Positions 15,083-24,095 are shown, counted from the stretch's first letter. The stretch is DNA of 64,000 bases from an uncultured bacterium (GCA_963827235.1 CAWHAE010000012.1:864001-928000); one strand, 5' to 3'. Notes: generated by a model from the sequence alone, not told the origin. Program-made: numbers and translations.

Positions 15083-15295
15083 AGTTCAGAGTAACATAGC
15101 TGTCGTGCAGAGCCGGCGGTTCCCACGCCCAGCGCCGCGCTGCATCGATGCCGGTCCCAGTCAGTCATGTCGCTGTCACGAAACCATCATCTTCCCGTTG
15201 CGAAGCGATCATGCGGCAATCCCACAATGACTGATGGAGCCTGGCGAAGTAGACCGTGCCTGATGATGGGCAGGCGTTTCGCGCAAGGAGTGACG

Positions 15296-17935
15296 ATGGC
15301 CGACCTTTCGAAGCTATTCTCGATGCGCACACCGGGTCGCGTGCGGCCGCTCTGCGCACTGTTTCTTGCCATATTGGCAGCCTGCATGGCGGTGCAGGCG
15401 TGGAGCCTCGTACCGACCGAGGCGGCGCCCAGAGCCGATTCCGGTCTCCGGGGCAGCACGGCATACGGCGTATCGGCAGCGCAGCAAGCAGTCTCTTCGA
15501 CGGTTTCCGCGGCGGCAACCCTCACCCTCAGTCCCTCCAGCGGAGCGCCGGGCACGCTCGTCCTCGCCCAGGCGACGGGCTTCACCGGCAACGAGACTGT
15601 CGACGTCTTCTACGACAACACACCGCTCACCACCACAACGGCCGCCAACGGTGCCGTGAGCTTCCAGTTCGTGATCCCAACAGCCAGCACGGTCGGCGCG
15701 AACACCGTCTCGCTGCTCGGCTACTCGAGCAACTACTCGACCAACGCGACGTTTACGGTAACCTCGTCGTCCGCCAGCGGCCTCATGCTCTCGCCCTCGC
15801 TCGGGCCGACCGGATCGACGGTGACCGCCAGCGGGTACATTGCCTCGGCGCAGTACTTCAAGAGCTTCGCCTACGCGCCCATCTTGATCTCGATCGCCGG
15901 TACCCAGGTAGCCTCCACCACCACGGATGCTTCGGGCCACTACTCGGTGACCTTCACCGTACCTACCGGACTAACCGGTGCGCAGACGGTCACGGCCTAC
16001 GGCAGCACGTCCGGCTTCACCGCCTCCGCGACCTTCACGGTCGGCACGACGCAGCTCTCGCTCAGCAGCAGCTCGGGTGTACCGGGCACCGTCGTGACAG
16101 CAAGCGGCAGCGGCTTCCTGGCCGGCGAGACGGTGAATCTCAACTGGTCGAATGGCGCTTCCGCCCCGACAGTCACGGCCGACAATAGCGGCGGCTTCAG
16201 CGAGAGCATCACTGTGCCCACCGGCGTGAGCACCTCGCAGGCGACGCTCACGGCGAGCGGCGCTTCCAGCCTGCGGACCGCAACCGCGTCGCTGACCGTG
16301 ATCAGCGCCAAGCTCTCGGCCAGCGTCGTCTTACCGGCAGGAGACAAGATCGCGCTCTCCGGCACCGGTTTCGCGCCCGGGGAGGCGATTACGTTGACCA
16401 ATACGGCCGGCGGCACGTTCAGCGCAACTGCGGACGCTCAGGGCAATCTGAGTCTCACGGTCGGCATTCCCGCGACCTTCGCGGGCGGCGTCATCACCTT
16501 CACTGCCCAAGGCGCGACCAGCCAGGCCGACGTCACGGCGACCGTGACCGTGAGCATGGCAGAGGCCAGCCCGAGCACCACCGCCGCGGCCACCGCGACC
16601 GCGGCCACCACTCCCGGCGCCTCGCCAAGCCCAACCGCTTCGGCCACCCCGTCGACGACCGTGGTGCCGTCCGGCAGCACGGGCAGCGCGACATGGTATT
16701 TCGCTGCCGGTCGCACGGACGGCAGCTATGGCGAGCAGATCGACATTCTCAACCCGAGCAGCGGCCAGATCCAGGGCACCATCACGGCCTACTTTGGCGC
16801 AGGCAAGAGCGCTTCGCAGACGTTCACTCTTGGCGCCCTGCGCCGGGGAACCTACGACGTCGGCGCCATCGCCGGGCACCAGAGCAGCGTGGCCGTGGTC
16901 GTGGCAGCCAGCGAACCGATCGCCGCCGCGGCAACCGGTCTCAACGGCACCGTCGACCGGACGGCCCTGAACGGCGTGGCCGGCGGATCCACAAAATGGT
17001 ACTTCGCCGAGGGCTACACGGGACTGACGTTCAAGGAAACGCTGAGCCTGTTCAATCCGGGCGCTACCGCCGCGGGGGTTCAGCTCCTGTGGCCGGTGCA
17101 AGGGAGCAAGGCCGTCCGACTGCAGGTGACCGTGCCCGCACACTCGGTGCTGAGCGTGCCGGTGAACCAGTACGTGAAGAGCGCTTCGCATGCCACGATC
17201 GTGACCTCGAATCAGAAGGTAATCGCGGCCCGCACGCTCATCTTTGGCGCCGCCGGCCAGAGCGCAACCGTGACTCATGGCGCGACGAGTGCCGGCACGA
17301 CGCTCTACTTTGCCGAAGGATCGACCGCTAACGGCTTCCAGGAATTCGTGAGCTTACTCAATCCGCAGAGCGCGAGCACGGCACACGTGACGGTCACCTT
17401 CTACGGCGGAGCCGGGACAATCCTGGGCTCGCGCACGGTGACCATTGCTCCGCTCGGCCGAGCCAGCATCGCCGTCAACTCCCTCACACACGCGTCATCC
17501 GTGGCTGCTACAGTGCGGAGCGACGTGCCGGTACTCGCCGAGCGATCCATGTACATGGGAAGCCCGAATTCGGACAGCGGCGCCGGCACCGATGTGTTCG
17601 CGGCCGCGCAGGCAGCCACCGGCTGGGCCTTCGCCGCCGGCGATACCGGCTCCGGCCAGAAAGAGTTCATCACCCTGCTCAACCCGGGCAGCACGGCCAC
17701 CACCGTGGTCGCGACCTGGTACGAAAGCAGCGGGCAGCTCGTGCAGCAGTCGTTCAGCCTGAATGGACATGCCCGTCTGACGGTAGACGTCGTGCTCTCC
17801 GCCTTGACGTTGCCGGCCGGCGTGCACGGCCTCGTGGTGCAATCGACGGACGGCGCGCAGTTCGTGGCCGAGGAGGCACTCTACAGCGGCACGCTGCAGC
17901 AGGGCGCGGCGCTGGTGGGTGAGCCCGTGAGCTGA
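15296..17935 (+). CDS. Large secreted/surface protein: tandem Ig-like repeats, Ser/Thr/Pro linker and four WYFAEG-type (DUF5719-like) repeats
   Basis: AAGGAG RBS before ATG 15296; signal-peptide-like segment; repeats LSPSSGAPGT / LSPSLGPTGS / LSSSSGVPGT; ATWYFAAG, TKWYFAEG, TLYFAEG, GWAFAAG. Confidence 0.75.
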   Translation: MADLSKLFSMRTPGRVRPLCALFLAILAACMAVQAWSLVPTEAAPRADSGLRGSTAYGVSAAQQAVSSTVSAAATLTLSPSSGAPGTLVLAQATGFTGNETVDVFYDNTPLTTTTAANGAVSFQFVIPTASTVGANTVSLLGYSSNYSTNATFTVTSSSASGLMLSPSLGPTGSTVTASGYIASAQYFKSFAYAPILISIAGTQVASTTTDASGHYSVTFTVPTGLTGAQTVTAYGSTSGFTASATFTVGTTQLSLSSSSGVPGTVVTASGSGFLAGETVNLNWSNGASAPTVTADNSGGFSESITVPTGVSTSQATLTASGASSLRTATASLTVISAKLSASVVLPAGDKIALSGTGFAPGEAITLTNTAGGTFSATADAQGNLSLTVGIPATFAGGVITFTAQGATSQADVTATVTVSMAEASPSTTAAATATAATTPGASPSPTASATPSTTVVPSGSTGSATWYFAAGRTDGSYGEQIDILNPSSGQIQGTITAYFGAGKSASQTFTLGALRRGTYDVGAIAGHQSSVAVVVAASEPIAAAATGLNGTVDRTALNGVAGGSTKWYFAEGYTGLTFKETLSLFNPGATAAGVQLLWPVQGSKAVRLQVTVPAHSVLSVPVNQYVKSASHATIVTSNQKVIAARTLIFGAAGQSATVTHGATSAGTTLYFAEGSTANGFQEFVSLLNPQSASTAHVTVTFYGGAGTILGSRTVTIAPLGRASIAVNSLTHASSVAATVRSDVPVLAERSMYMGSPNSDSGAGTDVFAAAQAATGWAFAAGDTGSGQKEFITLLNPGSTATTVVATWYESSGQLVQQSFSLNGHARLTVDVVLSALTLPAGVHGLVVQSTDGAQFVAEEALYSGTLQQGAALVGEPVS

Positions 17936-18093
17936 CGCCGTTCTGCCGCGAGTGATCGGTCTGTGCTACTATCTATCACCGAGGCAGGTGCCGCGGATCG
18001 ACCGGCGCGCCGCGAGCCGGCGTTGCGCTCGGCAGCCCAATTCGGTGCGCGGAGCGGCCGGGTTCTGGTTCGGGCTCGAGTGAAGGCAGAGGC

Positions 18094-18798
18094 GTGGAAC
18101 AGATAGAGCTGCGAGGCGTTACAAAGGCGCTGGGCAAGGGCAAGCAGCGCGTGGTGGCGGTCACCAACGTGAACCTCGCCATACCCAAGGGTACGTTTCT
18201 CAGCATTACCGGGCCGTCGGGCTCGGGCAAGACCACGTTGCTCAGGCTGATTGGAGGCTTCGAGAAGCCGACAGCCGGCAGCGTCCTGGTGCAGGGAGTG
18301 AACGTCGGCAGCCTGCGCTATTTCAAGCGCCGCAGCTTCATCTCCAGCACGTTCGCCTACATGCCTCTCTTCCTGGATACGCATCGCTATCGATCCGCGC
18401 TGGCGATGGCAATGTCCGACCTTCCTCGCTCCATGTCGAAGGACGAGAAGCGTCGACGCGCCATGGCTATGCTGGAACGCGTCGACGTGGCAACCCGTCA
18501 CGCGGCGCCCCCGCTCAAGCTCTCCGGCGGAGAACAGCGGCGCGTAGCCCTGGCCCGCGCCCTGGTCACGGAACGGCCTATCGTGCTCGCCGAGGAGCCG
18601 ACCGGGCAGGTTGACCCGGTCACAGCGCGGAGCCTGCTTGCCCTGATGCGCGAATTCAACGAGCGAGCGAACACCACGATCATCGTGGTCACCGAGAACG
18701 AGGCTCTTGCCCGCGAAGCCTCGCGCACGATCCGCCTGGAGGAAGGGCGAATCACCTACGACCTCGGCCGATCGATCGCGCCCGTGCTGCACTCCTGA
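18094..18798 (+). CDS. LolD/MacB-like ABC ATP-binding protein with altered catalytic motifs
   Basis: Walker A GPSGSGKTT, signature LSGGEQRR; Walker B reads LAEEPTG and H-loop reads VVTEN. Confidence 0.8.
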   Translation: MEQIELRGVTKALGKGKQRVVAVTNVNLAIPKGTFLSITGPSGSGKTTLLRLIGGFEKPTAGSVLVQGVNVGSLRYFKRRSFISSTFAYMPLFLDTHRYRSALAMAMSDLPRSMSKDEKRRRAMAMLERVDVATRHAAPPLKLSGGEQRRVALARALVTERPIVLAEEPTGQVDPVTARSLLALMREFNERANTTIIVVTENEALAREASRTIRLEEGRITYDLGRSIAPVLHS

Positions 18799-18855
18799 CG
18801 ACCGGCGAACGGCCGGGAGCGGCCCGTCGCGCCTGCACGCGCGGGCGAATTGGCA

Positions 18856-18861
18856 TATAAT
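18856..18861 (+). promoter_or_regulatory. Putative -10 element (TATAAT) about 210 nt upstream of the MalK-type ATPase
   Basis: Perfect TATAAT in a GC-rich intergenic region. Confidence 0.5.
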
Positions 18862-19073
18862 AGGGAAATGGCGCGGGCTGCCTCGCCAGAGGTGACCGGT
18901 GCCTGTGAATGCTGGGTGCGGGCCTGGTGCCTGCTAGACGTGTTGGGGGGCTGCCTAGAGGATACAAGCGGAAACGTTGGTCGGCCGGAAGCATATCCGG
19001 CCTTGGGAGAGCGGTTTTTACCGAAAAGTCCTGTCTTCGACAGACCACGCGTGCCTGAGAAAGGTATGTGCAA

Positions 19074-20177
19074 ATGGCGAGTGTATCCCTACGGCATGTT
19101 TACCGCAAGTTCGGCGACGTGATCGCCGTCAACGACGTCAACATCGACATCATGGACAAAGAGTTCCTCGTCCTGGTCGGACCCTCCGGCTGCGGCAAGT
19201 CCACCACGTTACGCCTGATCGCCGGCCTCGAAGAGATCTCTGGCGGCGAGATCCTGATTGGCGAGCGCGTGGTCAACGACGTGCCTCCGAAGGACCGCGA
19301 CATCGCGATGGTGTTCCAGAGCTACGCCCTCTATCCGCACATGAACGTCTACGACAATCTTGCCTTCGGCCTTCGCCGCCGCAAGACCCCTCGAGCGGAA
19401 GTAGACAAGCGCGTGCGCGCCACCGCGCAGTCCCTGGGCATCGACAACCTGCTCGATCGCAAGCCCAAGCAGCTCTCCGGCGGCCAGAGGCAGCGCGTAG
19501 CCGTAGGACGCGCTATCGTCCGCCAGCCCAAGGTCTTCCTCATGGACGAGCCGCTGTCCAACCTCGACGCGAAGCTGCGCGTTGAGACCCGCGCCTACCT
19601 GATCAAGCTGCACCAGCAGCTTCAGACCACGGTGATCTACGTGACCCACGACCAGACGGAAGCCATGACCATGGGCACGCGCATCGCGGTGATGAAGGAC
19701 GGGTTCTTGCAGCAGTTGGCGGCGCCGCAGGAAGTGTACGACCATCCAGCGAACATCTTCGTGGCAGGCTTCATCGGCAGCCCGGCCATGAACTTCTTCG
19801 ATGCCCGCGTGGTGACCGAGGGCCAGCAGTCGTGGGTCGACACCGGCGTGTTCCGGGTGCGCCTGCAAGGCGAGAAGCGCCAGAAGATCCTCGACCATGC
19901 CTCGCAGGAGCTGGTCTTGGGCATTCGTCCCGAGGACATCTACGACCGGGCGCTGATCTCGGACCCGAATCAGACCGACGTGGCCACGGTCAACGTGGAA
20001 GTGGTCGAGCACATGGGCAGTGAGATCTACGTGTACTTCGTAGCCGGCAAGACGCAGTTCGTGGCACGCCTCGATCCGCGCAGCAAGGCGACGGCGGGCA
20101 AGCCGCTCGACGTCATGTTCGACTCGGACCACATTCACCTGTTCGACAAGAACACGCAGGCCTGCATCTCGAACTAG
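19074..20177 (+). CDS. Multiple-sugar ABC transporter ATP-binding protein (MalK/MsiK/UgpC family)
   Basis: GPSGCGKST, DRDIAMVFQSYALYPHM, LSGGQRQR, LMDEPLSNLDAKLR, YVTHDQTEA, GFIGSPAMN, TOBE-type C-terminus. Confidence 0.95.
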   Translation: MASVSLRHVYRKFGDVIAVNDVNIDIMDKEFLVLVGPSGCGKSTTLRLIAGLEEISGGEILIGERVVNDVPPKDRDIAMVFQSYALYPHMNVYDNLAFGLRRRKTPRAEVDKRVRATAQSLGIDNLLDRKPKQLSGGQRQRVAVGRAIVRQPKVFLMDEPLSNLDAKLRVETRAYLIKLHQQLQTTVIYVTHDQTEAMTMGTRIAVMKDGFLQQLAAPQEVYDHPANIFVAGFIGSPAMNFFDARVVTEGQQSWVDTGVFRVRLQGEKRQKILDHASQELVLGIRPEDIYDRALISDPNQTDVATVNVEVVEHMGSEIYVYFVAGKTQFVARLDPRSKATAGKPLDVMFDSDHIHLFDKNTQACISN

Positions 20178-20218
20178 GCCCTCGGGCCCGGCCCCAGAGC
20201 CTGTACGATAGGCACTTG

Positions 20219-20258
20219 ATGGAGGTGGCTCCCGATTCCCCGGGAGCCACCTCCATTT
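20219..20258 (+). terminator. Intrinsic terminator-like hairpin after the MalK-type ATPase
   Basis: Perfect 16-bp stem ATGGAGGTGGCTCCCG (20219-20234) / CGGGAGCCACCTCCAT (20241-20256), 6-nt loop, short T run. Confidence 0.75.
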
Positions 20259-20296
20259 GCATGGAGCCTCCGACTTCCATGAAATTGCCTGCAATT

Positions 20297-21063
20297 TCAT
20301 CCGCCAGGATGGCCCCGCCACACGAAGCCATCGATGACTGCGGTCGGATGGCAGGGTACGGACCGGCCGCGGCCGGTCGGACGCCACGATCCGGCTCGTG
20401 GTCCAGTGCTGATCTGGGTTCGATTGACACGTCCTCTGCCGGGTGTCGAGTGTGCCTCGTGCATGACGTACAGGTGCGAGGCCGGGACGAAGATCGGGCT
20501 GCGAGCGCGGCAGCATGGCAGGGAACGAGACACCTCGCCGGGTAGCGCGAGCCTCGACCGGTTGAGGCACGGCAGTTTCCGGGATGGTCGTGGCGCTGCC
20601 AGAACCGGGGGCCGTGGCGGCGAGGAGAGCGGCGCGGCGGGCCGTTCGTTTCGCAGTTTTGGCTTGCGCACTCGGCGCAGCGCTGGGTTCTCTCGAAAGT
20701 TCTCGCTTTCATCATCAGCTCGGCCTGCGCTGGGGGATCGGCACGAGTTCGTTTCGCAGTTTCGGCCTGCGCCGTGGACTCGGCGCCGGGCCTGGAGGGT
20801 GTCGAGCCGGTGAGCGGCGCGTGCGGACTCGCGGGAGAGGTGGGCGAGGCGCATGGCGAGGTTGGTCTCCAGGTAGCCGACGGGAACGGGCTCGCAGAGG
20901 ATGCCGGCGCGGCAGGCCTGCGAGGCCTCGGGCCGCGCGAGGGGGCTGGCGATGGGGGCGTCACAGAGCAGGTATGGCGGCCCGAGACAGGTTTGCCGGC
21001 CGCGGTGCGGGGATCGGTGCAAAGGTGGCCGTTGGCACGATGGAGGGGCAGCGTGCTGGGCAT
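20297..21063 (-). pseudogene. Degenerate, frameshifted member of the uncharacterised 'NA..STGPRT..GK..S..N' hypothetical protein family
   Basis: Frame from ATG 21063 gives RANGHLCTDPRTAAGKPVSGRH; another frame continues LLCDAPIASPLARPE...RAGIL...PVGYLETNLA...LDTLQARR...NCETNS...KLRNE; 3' end uncertain. Confidence 0.5.
20644..20762. repeat. 16-bp exact direct repeat GTTCGTTTCGCAGTTT (20644-20659, 20747-20762) plus a degenerate copy at 20687-20701
   Basis: Read directly from the sequence; encodes the NCETN / KLRNE / FERTQ-type tail motifs. Confidence 0.8.
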
Positions 21064-21094
21064 AGAGCGACCACCCCTTCGGTGCCGGGTAGAG

Positions 21095-21108
21095 AGAACA
21101 CGTGTTCT
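21095..21108 (-). promoter_or_regulatory. LexA (SOS) box AGAACACGTGTTCT downstream of promoter TTGACT-N16-TACGAT (with extended TG)
   Basis: Perfect GAAC-N4-GTTC palindrome 32 nt upstream of ATG 21063; minus-strand -35 at 21140-21145 and -10 at 21118-21123. Confidence 0.8.
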
Positions 21109-21165
21109 AGTATCCTCATCGTAGCATGGAATTGGGCGAAGTCAAGGAACACATTGAGCTGGTGG

Positions 21166-21202
21166 AACGCGGATGACGCAGATGGGGCGGGATGCCGCAG
21201 AT
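21166..21202 (+). repeat. Short tandem (A/G)nCGC(A/G)GAT-type repeat, four units
   Basis: aacgcggat-gacgcagat-ggggcgggat-gccgcagat. Confidence 0.55.
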
Positions 21203-21457
21203 CGGCGCCTGCCTCCCGAGCATCCGAACCCTGCTGGGCCAAATGCCAGGGCTGACGGGCCGCAAGACTCCAGGGAGGTAGGACCTTCCACACTGGGCCG
21301 GTCCGGCGGCCGGCGATGGCGACTTGGGACTGCTCTGGCTGCTCGCCGTGACGACGTGGGTCTTCCGCCGGAGCGGGCATCCGCCGGAGCGTATCGTGGA
21401 AAGGGCGGACCGGCCGCGGTCGCGGTGCGGCGAGCGGAGCCCGCGGCGCAGGGGCGC

Positions 21458-21787
21458 TCAGCCCGCCACCGCGCGCAACAACGCCATGGCGACGATGCCG
21501 GTGAGCACCGTGCCGAGCAGGCTGCGCGTGCGCGCCGCCACGAGCAGGGTTGGAAGGGCGGCCGGCAGGGCCAGGTTGTCCGGCGGCAGCGCCAGATGGC
21601 CGTCGGGTCGGGCGACGGACTGGGCGAGCAGCGCGGCCAACACGGCGATCGGTACATAGCCCAACCAGCGGACCAGCCAGGCGGGCAAGGCAACGCGGCT
21701 GAGCACCGCCAGCGGCAACACGCGCGGCACCACGGTCACCAGCGCCGATCCCAGGATGGCAGCCAGCACCCAGGCCCTCACTTCCAC
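21458..21787 (-). CDS. azlD: AzlD branched-chain amino acid exporter small subunit
   Basis: VTVVPRVLPL, WLGYVPIAVLAALL, ARTRSLLGTV; overlaps azlC stop. Confidence 0.9.
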   Translation of the reverse strand: MEVRAWVLAAILGSALVTVVPRVLPLAVLSRVALPAWLVRWLGYVPIAVLAALLAQSVARPDGHLALPPDNLALPAALPTLLVAARTRSLLGTVLTGIVAMALLRAVAG

Positions 21788-22542
21788 GGCGAGCGCTCCT
21801 CCAGGATCACGCCGGCAGTCGCGGCCACGACGGCGGCGACGATGATCGCCCAGCTACCGGACACGATCTGGGCACCGCCCACGGCAACGGCGGCGGCAAG
21901 AGCGGCCACCGCGACGGCGTGGCTCATGCGCGGATGATTGGCGATTTGCAGCACCAGAAGCGCGGCAAACATGGCGGCCAGGGCGAAGTCCAGGCCGAGC
22001 GCGCGCGTATCCGGAATGGCGCGGCCGACCAGGGCGCCGGCCGTGGTCGCGCTGAGCCACGTCGTCTGCGCCGTGACGTTCAGCCCGAACAGCCACGGCG
22101 CGGCGAGCCTGCCGTCTTCCGTGACCTTGCTCATGGCGACGGAGAAGGTCTCGTCGGTGAGCTCGGCGCCGATCAGCACGCTCTTCCACCAGGGAAGGTG
22201 CTTCACGCGGGCCGAGAGGGCGGCGCTGTAGAGGAAATGGCGGATGTTGACCAGAAACACGGTCACCACGATGGCCGAGACGGAGGCGCCGGCGCCGATC
22301 AGACCGGCGGCCACGAACTGGGCCGAGCCGGCGTACAGCAGCAGCGACATGAGAGCCACCTCGAGCGGCGAGAGACCTGCAGTGCGCGCCACGACGCCGA
22401 AGGCTACGCCGATGGCCAGGTAGCCGAGCACAATCGGCAGGCAGGCACGAGCGCCGCCGGCGAAGCGATCGCCGGCTGCGGATCTCGCGGCCGGCTGCCG
22501 AGCGAGCAGATGGTCGGGGTCGAGCGCTGATTCCGGCTGCAT
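21778..22542 (-). CDS. azlC: AzlC branched-chain amino acid exporter permease
   Basis: PIVLGYLAIGVAFG, MSLLLYAGSAQF, VNIRHFLYS, LTDETF, GLDFALAAMF; start placed at ATG 22542. Confidence 0.92.
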   Translation of the reverse strand: MQPESALDPDHLLARQPAARSAAGDRFAGGARACLPIVLGYLAIGVAFGVVARTAGLSPLEVALMSLLLYAGSAQFVAAGLIGAGASVSAIVVTVFLVNIRHFLYSAALSARVKHLPWWKSVLIGAELTDETFSVAMSKVTEDGRLAAPWLFGLNVTAQTTWLSATTAGALVGRAIPDTRALGLDFALAAMFAALLVLQIANHPRMSHAVAVAALAAAVAVGGAQIVSGSWAIIVAAVVAATAGVILEERSPWK

Positions 22543-22895
22543 TCTGGGCGGCACCTTCGCGCTGCACCCGGCGTGCCGGTCCCGGCAGGCGGGATTCTCA
22601 GTGACCCGCGCGGTGCAGCTTGCTTCCCAGTATGACCGGCCCGGCGCCATTCCGGCCACCGGAGCGCCGTACACTGAGTGCAGTGAGCGCGCCCGAGCCA
22701 CGATTCGGCCGGGACCGCGGAACTCTCTGCACTGAGCATCCGGCAACTATCATACGAGGATGGCAGGGAGCGACTGTCTGCGGTGGGTGCCCCGGGCCGC
22801 GGCCGGGCGGTGTGCGCGAACTATGTTTCATCTGCCGGGATGGCGCTGCCTCAGCGGCACCATCGGGGACCGCGGCGAAGAGGAGAGCCCGCGAC

Positions 22896-23735
22896 ATGTA
22901 TGAGTATCGGCACAAGGTAGCACTGGTCACCGGCGCGTCGTCCGGCATTGGCGAGGCGTTTGCGCGCGCCCTGGCCCGCAGGCAGATGCGGCTCATTCTG
23001 GTAGCCAGATCCCGGGACAAGCTGACTCGCCTTGCCGCGGACCTGGTGGACAGGTATCGCGTGCAGGCCGAGGTGGTGGCCGTCGACCTGGCGGACGAGG
23101 ACGGGGTACGCTGCCTGCTTGCCGAGATCGAGCGTCTGCGGATGCCGGTCGACCTGCTGATCAACAACGCCGCGGTGGGCTGCTACGGCCCGTTCGAGAG
23201 CATCCCCCTGGAGCGCGACCGCCGGCAGGTGCTGCTCAACGTGGCGGCGGTGGTCGATCTCGCGCATGCCGTGGCACCGGGCATGCTGGAGCGAGGAGGC
23301 GGCGCAATCGTGAACGTCGGCTCCGTGCTGTCATACTGGCCGACGCCCTCGCACGCGGTCTACGCGGCCAGCAAAGCCTTCGTCCTGTCGTTCTCGCAGG
23401 CCCTGGCGGCGGAGTACGAGTCGCGCGGACTGCGCGTGCTGGCACTGTGCCCGGGATCCACGGCGACGAGCTTCGGCGAGGCGGCGGGGGCGCCGGCGTC
23501 GCGCGCGCGGTTCGGCGTGCTGAGCCGCCTGGTGGTGCGCCGGCCCGAGCAGGTGGTGCTGACGGCGATCAAGGCCCTGGAGTCCGGAGCTCCAGTAGTC
23601 GTGGACGGTCCGCTGAACCGCGCCGCGGTGCGCGTGCAACACCTGCTGCCGCGCATGCTGATCGCGCGTCTGATCGCCCGCCGGAGCCGGCCACCGCGCC
23701 CGCTGCCGGAAGCGGACACCACGCCGGGTCACTAG
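22896..23735 (+). CDS. Short-chain dehydrogenase/reductase (DltE-like)
   Basis: VTGASSGIG, LINNAA, VYAASKA (YxxxK), LCPGST; GAGGAG upstream of ATG 22896. Confidence 0.92.
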   Translation: MYEYRHKVALVTGASSGIGEAFARALARRQMRLILVARSRDKLTRLAADLVDRYRVQAEVVAVDLADEDGVRCLLAEIERLRMPVDLLINNAAVGCYGPFESIPLERDRRQVLLNVAAVVDLAHAVAPGMLERGGGAIVNVGSVLSYWPTPSHAVYAASKAFVLSFSQALAAEYESRGLRVLALCPGSTATSFGEAAGAPASRARFGVLSRLVVRRPEQVVLTAIKALESGAPVVVDGPLNRAAVRVQHLLPRMLIARLIARRSRPPRPLPEADTTPGH

Positions 23736-23870
23736 AGACGGGTATCGTGCAGGGCACCTCGAAGCAGGCGGGATTCTCGGCATTGGTTGACGTGTGGACC
23801 CTAAAGGATGCGGCGCCGACCGTGTCAACGAGTGGCAAGGTTGCCTCGAGTTTGCGACACGCCATTGAAA

Positions 23871-24012
23871 GCAGGGAGTGTCGTCACGAGCGGCACGCGC
23901 ACCTGGTACGGCGCGGACAACCAGGGCATGGGCCCACGCCGAAGGTGGGGAGGGGGCAGACGCTGGACGACGGCGCCAACGTGCTGGCCAGCCAGAGTTA
24001 CGACCGCCTCTG
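23871..24012 (+). pseudogene. Remnant of an Rhs/YD-repeat associated core
   Basis: Two frames give SGTRTWYGADNQG and QTLDDGANVLASQSYD, matching the Rhs core pattern WY..D.xGSVR..D......YDPxG. Confidence 0.55.
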
Positions 24013-24095
24013 GCTTCGGGAGAGCATCACAGTGCTATGGTATCGACGATGCCTCCCAGGCCAGTTCCGGCGGAGCTTACAGGAAGGTAGGTGCC

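Noticed and set aside
20644-20762. CRISPR array
   Set aside because: Only two exact 16-bp copies with irregular spacing and no cas genes
22600-22640. Canonical T-box in the azlC leader
   Set aside because: The essential TGGN of the antiterminator bulge is absent; kept only as an unclassified structured leader
22817-22830. GAAC-TATG-TTTC as a fourth LexA box upstream of the SDR
   Set aside because: Mismatch in the core, no overlapping promoter seen, gene unrelated to repair
22585-23778. 15-bp direct repeat GCAGGCGGGATTCTC flanking the SDR gene (22585 and 23764)
   Set aside because: No integrase or att context; one such match in a GC-rich 64-kb window could be chance
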